Of a stretch of DNA of 64,000 nucleotides, positions 35,308-48,684 are shown in pieces. The position numbers were made by a program, and so were the translations under genes. The notes under the pieces were generated by a model. It saw only the letters and a list, made by a program, of their open reading frames with translations. It was not told the DNA's origin and made no database searches. Positions within the stretch are counted from its first letter, which is position 1. Each line of letters begins with the position of its first letter. Origin of the DNA: Auanema rhodensis (lineage: Eukaryota > Animalia > Nematoda); the NCBI GenBank assembly GCA_964057225.1, contig OZ059895.1, positions 15,686,001 through 15,750,000 on the forward strand, in the 5' to 3' direction.

Positions 35308-37652
35308 ATGTCCATCGACTTTGATACACTAGCGGATAATATGAGTGACTATGGAGTCAGTTTTTCAGCTGATGATCCAATTTTAACATCAAAGAGTATG
35401 CATACTTAAGCGACTGGGATATATAATATATTTTTTTCAGTTTCTCAGATTTCATGCCAGTTCAATTTAATTGGTGAACAGTTAGAAGATGAACTTTTAG
35501 CTTTTGCGAATAATTTAAAAAAAACTGCTGTTGACAAAGCTTTACTTGAAGCCATGGAAATTGTAACTTTAACAACTATAACTGAAACATTCCCATATTT
35601 ATAGAAACTACAAAAAAAATTGGATAGCGAACTCAAGTCAGCTCAAAAAATTAAAAGGTTTAATTTTCTGAAGAAGTAGAAGCTTAAACTCCAGATTATA
35701 GACCGATTCTCGCCGAAAAATTGCAAGCCTCTTTCCATATGGATACCTCAATAGCTGAAACAGATATTTCCATGATCGAAGATGATAAAAGCTTAGTTGT
35801 TAGTGAGCTTTATTCTCAATTTGCCCCTATCAAGTAATGTTCGATCTTATTATTGTTTATCATAACCGCCCGTAATTAGATCAATACCTCATAAGAAGTA
35901 TCTTGCTCGTGAAAATAGAGGAACAGTCGCAAATGAAATGAAGGGTACCTTGTTTGTTCCAAATTCCGGAAGTAGTGCGATCAAACCGCAGGTTCTAAGC
36001 TTTAAAAATAGACAAATGTATTAAGGGATTACAGATTACTGTGTTATCCGAGAATGCTAACGAGTATTACGCTGGAGATAAAACAGCCAATGTTATTGAT
36101 GGTAATTGTATTATAATATAATTCTAATTATAAATATATTTTAGAAATAACTGAGCGTTTGAAAACCTTTTCTGATTTATTCAGGGAAAACAACCCCGAA
36201 ATTGGAAATTGGACTCGTTCGTTTACAACTGATCTGGTATTTACAACTCATTTCCGATTATTTAATTTTCTATGTTAAGGATATTTTCTTATATGGTGTT
36301 ATAATTAGCGATAGTGAAGAATCTGAAAAATTACATCTCGGAAATGTAAAAATTATGCTGGATGATGAAGCTGGATCTTCCTTCCCACTTGATCTACAAT
36401 ACCTTTCTCCTGTTACTTTCTTCCCCGGACAGGTTTATTTGTTTTCGAAATACTGGAATTAAATTTTTTTATTTTATTCAGATTGTGGCGTTCCAAGGAT
36501 CTTTTGACGAAACTTCTCAAAACTCTTTCATTCCTAAAAAGGAGTTTTTTTTACCAAAACTAACATCTAACGAAATTCACAAGAAAGAATCAGGTAAACT
36601 CAAATCTTGGGAACATTATCAAAATTTTAATTCAGATTTTGTATCTATATGGTCTGCTTGTGGTCCGTTTACAAGCAGCGAAACTTGTGGATATGAGCCG
36701 TTATATGATCTTCTGGAGTCTGTGAGGAAGGAGCAACCTCATGTTCTGGTTTTGGTAAGTTTTTGAAATTGTTTACTTTCGAATTTTTAGAATTTCAACT
36801 TATTGTAGATGGGTCCTTTTGTTGATAGAAAAAGCAAGTACTTTACTTCACCTCATGCTGAAGCAACTTATTCCCAAGTTAAAGATATTATTATGCTAAG
36901 AATTGCTCAATTTCTGGATAAGTGCGTCGTTTTCAAAATTTGAATCGTAACAATTTTTTTAGGTGTTCCACTCATATCATTCTTCAGCCCTCCCCATCTA
37001 GAGAAGGCTCTCACATTAGCCAATACCCTTGCCCACCTCTTAACGTTCCAAGTGAAATGGTGCGGATTTTAGGAAAACGTTTGCATCAAGTTAGCGATCC
37101 TGCCATAGTTGATATTGACGGCATTCGTATTGCCCTGACTGGCTCCGAAGTAATATACAATTCGTAGAAATTTCATACTTATTTTCAATCTGTAGATTAT
37201 TGTCCATCTTGGTCTCACCGAGCTACATCGATCAGCTGATCAAGAAAATTGTGATCGCATATCTAGATTGGCAAATCATTTACTTGAGTGAGATTCGTCT
37301 TTAATTTATTATATATCTTTTTTAATTTTAGCCAACGTTCTTTATATCCTCTTGCCCCGCCTATCCTTCCTACTTCATCAGAGGAAAATTTGAAACTTAG
37401 CAAATTGACAAGTGCTCCTCATATGATCATCACACCTTCTGTATTTCCTTCAACTTTCAAGGTAAATTATTACATTGGTAAAACCATATATCTTCACTCA
37501 AATTTTAGAATATCAACGGTGTACTAGTCAATAATCCGGGAAGCTATCTCCGTGGTAACACTGGTACGTGCTCCAAAGTCGATATAGCACTAGGACTTGT
37601 TACTGGTAATTCAATTGTAGATTATTCACATTGCCGGATTATGAGAGTTTAA
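35308..37652 (+). CDS. div-1: DNA polymerase alpha subunit B (POLA2)
   Basis: FFPGQIVAFQG; SACGPFTSSETCGYEPLYDLL; PHVLVLMGPFVD; YPCPP; VSDP; QRSLYPLAPP; VINPG. Confidence 0.92.
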
Positions 37653-37878
37653 GAAATTGTACCATGCTATCATGAAATAAAAATCTCACTAACGTTTGTA
37701 ATTTAGTAAAATAAAATAAACATTAATACAGAATAATAACTGTTTATTATTACATAACCACATACAACATTGACAGAGATCCTACAACAAAACAACAAGA
37801 ATTACGAGAGCTGATAAAGGAATATTTTGTCTTTTCATTAAGGATATTAGTGGAAACAACGAATAAATATTGACTGAC

Positions 37879-39079
37879 TTAAGATCTACTACGGCGTCTA
37901 CGAGGAGAGCGGGATCTTGAGCGGTTGAATCTAGCTCCTCCCAATGGAATATCATTGGCACCAGTACCCCGGCGAGGAGGTGGAGTACGACGACGAGGAG
38001 AACTAAATAAGTACATTACGCAAGAATTATGAATACTATATGTACCCTCTACGAACTGGACTTTTCCTAGCGGGAGAGCGGCGAGGAGATCTACGGGGGG
38101 AACGACGGGGTGGACCACCGCCATATCTCTGATTAACTTCAACATTAACTTGTTGGCCATCAATTTGACCACCATCCATATGCTTTACAGCCTTAAACAT
38201 TACACATATGACACTTGAACTATGAACCTAATATACCTTTTCAGCATCCTCAACTTGTTCATATTCAATATATCCATAGCCTCTATGAAGATGATTGTGA
38301 ACGCGATCCATTGGTAAATCACACGCTTTGATTACTCCATACATACCAAAAATTTCATTAATGTGATCCTTAAAAAACTTTTTACATTTTACAAATACAA
38401 AAAAAATTACAAACCTTAGTAACATTACGGCTTAAATTGCGGATGCATATACGTTTGGGGGGACTGGTTCTACGTGGAGAACGTCTGGGAGACCTATAAG
38501 AGTGAAATTGCAATTTATACCCCAAAATATCTTTATACCTTCTTGGAGATCTTCTGGCAGAACGAGAACGTCTACGCTCTCTAAGACGGCTTCCGCTTCT
38601 ATCACGACGTCTAGGAGAAGGAGATCTACGTCTGCGAGGAGAAGAGCGGAAAGTACGATCTAAATTTGAATTCAGTATTCTATTTTGATAATCATGCGTT
38701 ACCTCTCTCGGCACGTGCACCACGAGGACCTCTACGAGGAGAGAAAGAACCACTACGGGTACGGCCTCTAGTAGCTCCCTTAAAAAAAACATTTAATATG
38801 CATTTGTGAATATTACTAAAAACCTTTCCGGATTCTCTGCGATTTCTTGGGGAAGGAGATCTTGAAGTTGATGAGCTTGAGGAACTAGATGATCGAGACG
38901 ATCCAGAAGATCCACTAAAGTAAAAAGTAAAATAGTGCTAAGCAGAAAAAAATAATAGATTAAAAAAATCAATTCGAAAATAATTACCTGCTGCTCGAAC
39001 CACTGGAAGAGCTGCTAGAAGAATCGGATCTAGATCTTCGAGATCTACCTTCTTCTTTTTTCTTTTCTTCCTCTACCAT
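37879..39079 (-). CDS. rnp-5: RNPS1-like SR/RRM exon-junction-complex protein
   Basis: Ser-rich N-terminus and RS repeats; RRM ICIRNLSRNVTKDHINEIFGMYG...HRGYGYIEYE...AVKHMDGGQIDGQ. Confidence 0.9.
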
Positions 39080-39713
39080 CTGGAATAAATACTTGTTTAA
39101 ATCAAAACATTGAAAAAAAAGAGAAATAATATCAGCCATAGTTAACTAAAAATAAAAAAATCATTCTAGAATAACATGAATAAATATAGCTATAGGTGAG
39201 CTAAGAAAATTTAAACATGCCAGTAACGTATAATTGAGAAATTCGAATTTCGAAATAGAATGGTATATTAATTTCGCATTATTTACAGAGAGACTAATAT
39301 TATACTTGTTTTGAACTGTTCCCCGAACATTTAAAAAAGAGTTTAAGACTTAAAAAACATAAATTATTGATTTTAATTTATTGTGAATTTGTCTCATTGT
39401 TTAGCATATTTCGCCAATGCGAAATTAATCCAAAGCGGGAACATTAGGGTCTTGCAGCGATTTCCCTGGTGAGGGAGTTTGTTGACAGTGGGTCAACATG
39501 TTCATCCCTCTGTGATTCAGAGGTTGTTGATTACGGTAAAATCTTGATTAAGATATTTCTTAGATTTCTAGTATTTGATAAGAAGAGTACTGTTAATCTC
39601 TTTAAAAGTATTATTAAGCTTATACAAAATATTATTCTTCACTGCAATTTTTACTAAATTCTTCTTATTCCTTCAAAGTTTTATAAATTCTATAATATAG
39701 CTTCTTAGACTAC

Positions 39714-41676
39714 ATGACACTCAATTTCAAAACCCACGGACCTCATATTCAGGCTGCTTATGATCGTGTTGTCTCTTCGAAAACAGGCGATGAATGGTAA
39801 CAGTTTAAATTACATACTAATAGTCAAAACACACCCCTTATCTGAAACATATAAACTTTGAAACGAAACGATTACTTTTTCAGGGTAATATATGATTATG
39901 AAGGAAATTCAAATGTGATTAGAGTAGGAGACGAAGGAGGTCTATTATCCACATTGTAATTATTCTGATCATAATGTTGCAGATGGAGGATTAGATGAAT
40001 TCTCTAACAGCTTTAACAGTGGCCGCTTACAGTATGGGCTAATTAACGTTAAATTGTCAGAAAAAGCTATGTCAAAAATCGTTCTGGTTCATTGGCAAGG
40101 TGAAGGTGTTCCTTCAGCGAGAGTAGCATCAAGTACATCCCATGTTAACGATGTGCGGAGATATTTGAAAACAGTTCATACCGTTGTGTACGCCAGAAGC
40201 GAAATGGATGTTGAACCAGATTCGATCAAAAAAGAAGTTGCCAAACTTCCAGCTGCGTATTCTGAAAGCAAAGTAAGACAATCATTATTTTGTGGCTGCT
40301 TTATAAAAAGGAATACGTTTAGGTTGAAACTTCGTACTCTGCTCCAACCAGTGTTTCATCGGTATATAGACCAGTTAAGCCTCATGTCGACATTAACGTT
40401 AAAGAACGAGAACAGTTCTGGGACAAAATGAATGTCGAGGAAAAACAGTAAGCATCGATAAAAACATTTGTTTTCTCATCTTTCACTTATTTTAAGAAGA
40501 CAAGCGGAGCAGTTACGAAAACATAACGATGATGAAAAAAAATGGACTGAGGAAAGAAATCAGTTGGCTGATCAGATCACACAGAAAAAAGAAACAGAGA
40601 AGTATTAATATAGCAGCTGTGAAGAACGTGTATATTTCTATTTCAGCTCTTCTGCTACTAAAGTAACATCTAATCCTGTTAACAGTAACCCTAACCCACT
40701 TTCAAAATTACCCGAAACATCAGCAGGTGGAAACAAATTAATTTCGCAACGGTTGGGAATGTTTGAAAATAAAGGTATAATGGTCAACCGCTCTATTGCA
40801 TTTTTTGGTTTAAAATGAAAATTTCGTTGTCTCATTCAAGCGAACCAGTAATGTTTTGCTTAAGATTGATATAACATTTTCGATTATATTTCAATATAAA
40901 TATAAGGATGTAATTGTAAACAATTTTATTTCAGAATATCAACCTATTCCTATTCTACCAAATTCTAGTCCAAAGTCTAATTTGTTTAACAATTCATTCA
41001 ATAAGCTATCCGTAAGCGAAGAACCAAAATCTGTTAATAATAACATAACAACAAATCATACTACTCGAGATATTTCTCTTAAATCCGGTATGTTAAGCTT
41101 TATAATCCCAGCTTATTATCGCGTATACAGGACCTGAGCCTTATGTTCCATCACTGTATGATTTTCCTCCCACTGAAGTGCCAACACCTGTTGCTGTTAA
41201 AACTCCTCCACCTCCAGCACCAGTTCTTCAGAAAGGTATTATATTCTTTTTTTCTTTTTTTTTCATGTTTCTGATTCAGAAAGCCTTGCTCCTTCTCAAT
41301 ACGATATTCCACCAGCACCCCTCAGTAGTATTGATCAGTATGATGTTCCACCTGTTTTACCAACTGCTGCCATTGACCAATATGATGTCCCTCCTGTTGT
41401 TGAAACAAGGAAAGGGCTTTGTGCTATGGCTCTATGGGATTATCAAGCCGGTGAATATAGATTAGATAATGATTTTCTAATTTCTTAAATTTGCAGCTGA
41501 CGCAACTGAGATATCGTTTGACCCAAATGATATCATATCTGAGATTAACCAGGTCAGAAAAGTACGCTTAACTATTTTCCAAACTCGTGTTTCAGATTGA
41601 TGAGGGATGGTGGCAAGGAAAAGCTCCCAATGGATCAATTGGTTTGTTCCCATCGAATTATGTGAGCCTTATATAG
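39714..41676 (+). CDS. dbn-1: Drebrin-like/ABP1 actin-binding protein (ADF-H, Pro-rich linker, SH3)
   Basis: ADF-H WVIYDYEG...GGLDEF...FNSGRLQYG...[13 protein letters not shown]; C-terminal SH3 [21 protein letters not shown]...IDEGWWQG...GLFPSNYV. Confidence 0.92.
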
Positions 41677-41899
41677 AAATATACATATACATATATACTT
41701 ATACATATATAACACTATTAATCAAAATCTTATATTTATCAGAGATTATATATTTCTAATATTAAGCTTTAGAAAGCTAGTTTTTTCAATCTTTAAATTG
41801 CTTTATTTTTCAAACAGCGTGTGCCATTGTGATACGTTAACTATGTTTTTCCTTTTTGGAGCACTTGATTCTTTCACATTTCACTTACAAATTTTTAAA

Positions 41900-43102
41900 T
41901 CATATCATATCATCTTTGTGCTTTAGGTGCAGATGCTGTAGAAAAATTCCTAAATAAATATTTTTTTTATTTGTTTTTTTTTTTTTAAACCTGTCGCTAC
42001 TGATACGTTAAGAGAATTGACACTTGTCTCTGTTTGAGATCCCGTAATAGTGACCAAGCTGTGACAAAGAGATTTCAGTAAAGGTGATATTCCAGTACCT
42101 TCATCTCCTAAAATTTCGAACCAGGAAAATAAATGTAAATTATTTAACTAACCAAGCACCAAAGCTATTTTCGAACATTTATCAACTTTAAAATCATTCA
42201 AGTTTAGAACAGATGTATGATCACTTCCACCGGAAGGTTCCACAGTACCGACTATTTGAAAACTTTGCAAATTCTGAAGAATCGAGTCAAAAATGATAAA
42301 AGTCAAGTAACCACACCTGTGTTATTTCATGATCTTCAAGTTTTGATATATTCATATGTTCAATTGCTCCACATGAAGCTTTGCTCATAGCTGGTGTAAT
42401 AGTTAATGGACTAAATCAAAATTTTTATTTTCTCGTTGGCAATTTGAAATAACCATCGGCTGGATCTGAGGATAATGTTCTGAACTCCATAAAAGAACGC
42501 AGTTCTAGCTATTGCTCCTATATTACCAGGATCTAGTATTCCGTCCAAAAACAATAATTGTTGACACTCCGTGTTGAAATTTGAGAATGGAAGAGTCGAA
42601 ACATCTAGGCAAACACCCTATTAGGATGACAGTACACAGAAATGCTCTAGATATGCGAACAAACATTGTGAAGTTGAAAGTCTGTTTTTCGATCAAACTG
42701 TGCTTGGGTTAAACGTCCAACGGGAATGTCAAATTCCTTTGACAAATTCAAAATTTTTGAAATCCTAGTGTCATCTACAGCCCGTTTTCTAGAGAGAATC
42801 GGTAAAATCTCAAATGTCTAGGGACCTACTTCACAGAATCTTTCATATATAACTTATAGATTTGTCTTCTTCGGCTTGATAAAGCTTCTAATACAGGAAA
42901 CGTCCCATATAAAGCTTCACCCTTGAAACCAGGGACAATTACTTTATATCTTAAGCCATATAATCTTAGTAATAACAACATTCATGACCAACGATTTAAA
43001 ATCTTCCATGCTTTTCCCAACAGCTTTCGCTTTTCTATATGAAAGATTAGGTCCGGCTTGAAAACTAGAGAAGAATTTTCTATTTATTTCGATTAATTTC
43101 AT
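41900..43102 (-). CDS. SpoU/TrmH-family rRNA methyltransferase, MRM1-like (mitochondrial)
   Basis: GEALYGTFPVLEAL; HNGVCLD; LFLDGILDPGNIGAIARTA; LVLGDEGTGIS; NSLNVSVATGI. ATG directly follows tttttttag. Confidence 0.88.
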
Positions 43103-43293
43103 CTAAAAAAATGAAACATGACTTCACTCGATTGAAGTGGGGCCGAAAGAAATCTAAAGGATTTTCTAACCAAATGCACACCCAACCATTTTGTAAGAAG
43201 TAATGGTTTAATATTTATGGAAAGCAAGGGAAAACGAGAAAAAAGCAAAAACATTGAATAAAACAGGATAAAACAATGAACGAGAGATCTAAT

Positions 43294-44260
43294 TTAAGCT
43301 TGAAAATGTTTCAAACATTGAACAGCTTCCCCTATGAATGCGGTAAGTTGTCTTACTTCGCCTATATCATTAGTTTGATCCATTGCTGTGGCTGCCCAGG
43401 CTAGCTTTCTATCTAAAGCTGCAAGAGCAGAATTAACTCCCGAATATGAATTGATGCCAATTGAAGTAGAACTCTAAAACACAGAATACACTTATGAGAT
43501 GCTATAAAGAATGTTACAACCTTTTGTATAGACGGTTGAGTAGCTATTTGATAAACAGGCTCGTAGATAGGTTCAGCTTTGATCCCAGAAGATTTAGTGA
43601 TAGTATTAGTGCAAGAAGTTTCAGATTGTGGACGAGCAGGTTCCTGAAATGGTGCTTTTATAAGTTGATGAAAGAAAACTTGTCAGCAAACCTTAATGCG
43701 CTCTATAATCTGAATTACATCATCTTCCTCTTTCTCCATAAATTCTTCTAAAATTAGAAACATTTTGGGAACATTTTCTTAACACATACCAAGCTTTACT
43801 TCAAACACTTGCTTAGGTTGCTCCACTCTCTGAGCATCTTGGTAAACCTCACATTGAATACATTTTCTCTCATCATTCTTTTCCATCAAAATTCCCTAAA
43901 ATAAATAAAGTCTGATCTATTCTGATATATGAATATTACATTGCAACGTTGGCAATATCCATCCAACATTGTCCAGCCTCGAAGAAGTAAATCGCCCATC
44001 CTCTTGGATACTTCATTTTGAAATTGTTCTCGTTTATGTCTAGCTTCCGCCATCTGCTCCTGAAAACCAGAAACATTTACTTTCCAGGTGCTGAGAATTC
44101 AAATCACCTCGGTCAGTTCAACTTCGCCATTAACAGGGGCCATTTCTTCAGCGTAACTTCTTGCCGCTGGGTTTGGGCTTCGTTCGTAAGATGATTTAGA
44201 GGACTGCTGGACTTTGGGAGTTGATTGAACACGTTTTCCCACAAAAGAACGATGAACCAT
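43294..44260 (-). CDS. ZNRD2/SSSCA1-like zinc-ribbon protein
   Basis: NEVSKRMGDLLLRGWTMLDGYCQRCNGILM...CIQC is the SSSCA1 signature; C-terminal KLAWAA helix. Confidence 0.88.
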
Positions 44261-44496
44261 ACACTTAAATTTTTTTGTTTATCAAAATATAAAAACAAGC
44301 ATGTACAACTGTATAAAAGATATAAAAAGACACGATACGAATAGATAATATGTACAAGGAAGGCAAAAGAAATACCCAGCCAACCAAGTTGGGCAACAAG
44401 ATATGATCAAGATGCATATGTACATGATGTTTGGAACATCAAATTAATACTAGAAGGCAAAGAAAGCAATCACAGGTGGAACTCGTATATAGAAAT

Positions 44497-45911
44497 CTAA
44501 AGAGGCTTTGACCAGAACTCTTGCTCGTCCGCTAATAACATAATGTAATCGAACATAACCCGGTTTATATGACCATCTAAATCAAATGTAAATCTATAAA
44601 TAATATATTAAGTTAAGACAGAAGATGTATACAGTCTTACTTATGATATGTTCCATCTGCACATATGGTAACTAAAGCATGATCCCTTACATCTGGAGCT
44701 GAATTATTCACAAATTTTTTTCGTATTCTAGAAAATTCGAAAAACCTTTAACAAATCCACAAGCGAGAACTTGCGGCTCAAGTCCAATTTGAGCGCAGCT
44801 TCTTCTCTCATTTTTGCCGATTGTTTTAGCTACTTGTTGTAAAAAAGATTTTTTTGTTGCTCTATCATAATCTTGTAGAGAAAATATATGAATTGTTCCC
44901 TGAAAATGAAGATCGTAGATGGAAGAACATGTTATAATCCTTACTTTATCCGAGGAAACTGCTAGAAAAGATGAACAGGGAGAAAATTGTAAAACATGCA
45001 AAGTTGAAGGATCAGTTCCTCTTCTGCATTCCTGCAGCATTAGTCGGGATCTCGAATTCCATATTCTGAAATAGGAAGCTTGATAATCGACTAGAAAGAT
45101 GAACCCAATATTTTACAATGTTTACATATAGTAAACTAACCTGATAACAGTACCCATAGAAGAACCCGTAGCAATAATTGTTCCTTCAAAATTAACTGTC
45201 ATAACTGCAATTTCTGATTGGTGAGCATCAATACTATTAGGAGCCAAAGAACTTGTTGATGACAAGTTCTTAACATTCAAAATCTGGATACTGCCTAACT
45301 ATAATTAAGAAAAACATAAATACATAATAGTTTTTATACAAATACCTTGAACCCGGGATAAACAAGAATTTGGTTATCTGTGGTAGTCATTTCACCACTC
45401 ATGGCAGCTAATCCATTGACATTCAACCTAGTTTCTTCTATACGCATTGATACACAAGGCTCAGGAATACTAAAAACTTGTACTCGTTTGTCTTGTACAA
45501 CAACCAATCTAGAAAGTCCAAGTAAAACGTTAAGAATAGGTCCACCTTGTAGAGTAATCTATAAATAAAACACATTCTTTCCCCTAAACTATAAAGAATA
45601 TTTACCTCTAATACTAGCTCGTTGTGTTTGATATCATAAACAAAACAAATATTTTGTGGGAACTTTGAAGCTGATCCTGAACCAACCAAAGCTACAAGAT
45701 TAGCGCGTGCTACCATGCTGCTAACCTTAAAAAGGAAATAACTTAGTAATATATTTTAAGAAAATACCTTCACGCTACCCACAACATCGGCATCTATTGA
45801 ATGTAGTAAAACCGCAGGATCAGTGTTGAATACACGTACACCTTGCTCGGATGAAACTACTAAGGCATCTTGTTGTCCATTAAAAGCGGCATGCAAAACT
45901 TTTGCTGTCAT
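44497..45911 (-). CDS. epg-6: WIPI3/4 (WDR45-like) PROPPIN autophagy protein
   Basis: NLVALVGSG; IDAHQSEIAVMTVNFEGTIIATGSSMGTVIRIW; ECRRGTDP (FRRG-like motif); LAVSSDKGTIHIF. Confidence 0.88.
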
Positions 45912-46488
45912 GCTGGAAAAAAATATTTTATTTCAGAAAACGACTACGAAGCAAGCAAAGACAAGTAGCCTTGAGAGTACATGTGAGTATCCGCGTGACC
46001 TGACGAAATACCGGGAGCAAAGACGCTAGTGGGAAAAACGTTTTCACAGTTCACAAAATCGATGGGAGAAAATGTTTGGTCATCATAATGAAATTAATAA
46101 AATATTATATCTCTACAGTATCAATGTCTTTTCACATTGTAAAAAAGGAACCATGCTAAACACTAGAATCTAAATTGCTACCTTGTTAACGAATTTCAGA
46201 AGAAAAAAGTGATACCAAGTGTTGGAAAATTAGAAAAAACATTTGAATAAATTTTAAAAATTAATACATTAATTAAATTCGAATGAAAACTACTCAAAGA
46301 GTTTTAAACTTTATTTATAATCACATGAGCTTATACCGTAAGAAATAAAAAGTACGTAGCTGTTGTGACAATTTGTTTAAAGATAATTTATTAATAAATA
46401 TAATCTTATTATTAATATTTTTAATTAATAAATATAATTAATAATATAATCTAAATATTTGTATCAAGTTTAAATTCATATTTTCAGT

Positions 46489-48106
46489 ATGTCTACTATT
46501 AATATAGTAGAAAAAACTATATTAGTAACTTCGGGTTCGAAAATATTTACTATTTCGACTGAAGATGGCTCATCTAAGGTTTGTTCTGCTATTGACATTT
46601 CAGTTTATTATTTATAAATGTACGCATTTAGACTTTTGATGTAACTTCTGTAGCTTCTTCCACTCCTACTGTTAAGAAACCTCGTGCTGATGAGGAAAAC
46701 GATGAAAAAGAAAATCTGAATGCAGGAAAAGAGGCTCATTCGGTATGATTTTTAGATCCTACAGCAATAAATCAGGCAGAAAGTTTCAGATTCTTTGTTC
46801 AGTATTATCAAATAATAAGTCCTTGTATATCGTGGGATTATCTTCTAAGATTGTTCTCATTTTTAATGTTGACAATTTGTCTTTGAAGCGAAAGTTCAGA
46901 ATTCCAAAAGCTCCAACATCTTTAGTTTTTGATAAGGTAACCGCAAATAACATTTTTAAATTTCAAATGTTGTTTTCAGGATGATGAATTTGTTCTGGTT
47001 GGTGATAGAGCTGGACATGTTTGCCGTTATAATGTCGAAGAGCCTATCAATGTGTCTCACAAAGATATTACAGGTGTTTTACTCTTTCAACATTCAGAAT
47101 AAGTTTGTATTTATAGGAGAAATGTGTGGACACGAAGGAGAGCCATTAACGGGAGTTATCTCTATGGTTTTAGATGTTAAAGTTTCTCCTGATGGAAGAT
47201 TTCTAATGTTTGCCGACCGTGATGAAAAAGTCAGAGTATCTCGGTACCCAAATGTAAGTAACTTCAAATATGATTACCACTTCTTCCATATTTTTAAAAA
47301 TGAAAGCGAAATGTTAATCGTATTTGGTAGATACCATGATAATTAATTTTTATTTTGACAAACTTTACAGGCTTTCGTTACTCAATCATATTGTCTTGGT
47401 CATTCTGAGTATATTCGATCTATTTCGTTGATAGATGGTACACTTTTCTCTTCAGGTATTCATTAATTCACAAAATTATTTCGATTTTGAACCCTTTAAG
47501 GAGGTGACTCTACTATTATTAGATGGAATTATGAGGAAGGAACATTAATCCGTAATTCTTCTCGTGTATCAGAGCAAAATGCCGTACGCAAAATTGTGGG
47601 AATTAAGAAAGAAAAATCTATCTTCATCTATGCCATTGCTGAAAATGAGAGCAATCTGTATATCTTAGAAGATAATGGCTCTGAAATCGTTGCCAGAGGT
47701 TCCATTAAAGCAGATGATACGCTAATAGATATTGCAATTTCTGGAAATGTTATTTGTGGTGTTACCAAGTAAGCATGAACTTTATTATGTGAATTACACG
47801 TGTTTGTTCAGGTCGTCAGTTGTTAATTTTGATTTATCTAATAATACTTGTGGGAACATCGAAGTTTCTGAAGAAATGAAAGCTGAACTAGGAAATACTA
47901 AGGATCCCATCGGGAGCTATTACAAAAACGTCACCCACAAAAATCTTGAAGAGTATCAGAAAAGAAAGGTTGTCTTTAGTTGTATTATATGATTAATTCA
48001 CGTTTTCTTCTCTTAGGCTCAAAGAATGGAGAGTGAGCGGGAAAAAAAGAGAAGGAAGAAGGAGAAAAATCGTAAGTCAAATGGCACTGAAGCAGCTGAC
48101 AGCTAG
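46489..48106 (+). CDS. wdr-4: WDR4/Trm82 tRNA m7G46 methyltransferase non-catalytic subunit
   Basis: VGDRAGHV; ISMVLDV...FADRDEKVRVSRYP; QSYCLGHSEYI; FSSGGDST; basic C-terminus. Confidence 0.9.
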
Positions 48107-48684
48107 TTTTCTTTTTCGTTGTTGTTTTTTGTTTTAATTGTTGACTTGTTAAATACTGTTTTTTTTTGTAGTCTCTAACGCTAAAAATAAATTTTCATTA
48201 GAAAAAGGCTTTGATGTACAGAGGTTATGGGACTTGGAGTAGAGTTTAGCTGATATTACGAGGTGTGCTTTACGCAAGTTTGAACACATTGTACACTAAA
48301 ATAAACGTCAGTTGTTTGAGCTGGTGAAGAACATTGATCTAAATACGAATAATGGCTCAAAAAGGTGAGAAAAACTAATTGTGAACACAGACATCAAAGA
48401 GAACTTCTTATACTACATACGATGAGCATTGATATATCACAACCGTTGATTGAGCTGATGAGAAAGTCGTATCGCAAGTGAAAGGCCATCAAATAATAAT
48501 CCAGAGGAATGTTGAGGAATATAGTAAAGGTAGAGCCATAGATGAGGCAAACGATTTTAAATACATTGCTTGCTTTTTCGATGAGCGACGAAGACGACAA
48601 CAGAAGAGCGAATTGCCATTGATCAACTGCTGATGCCTTAAACGGATAGCCATTTTGTGGATGTCCATGTATGATTTATGGATG

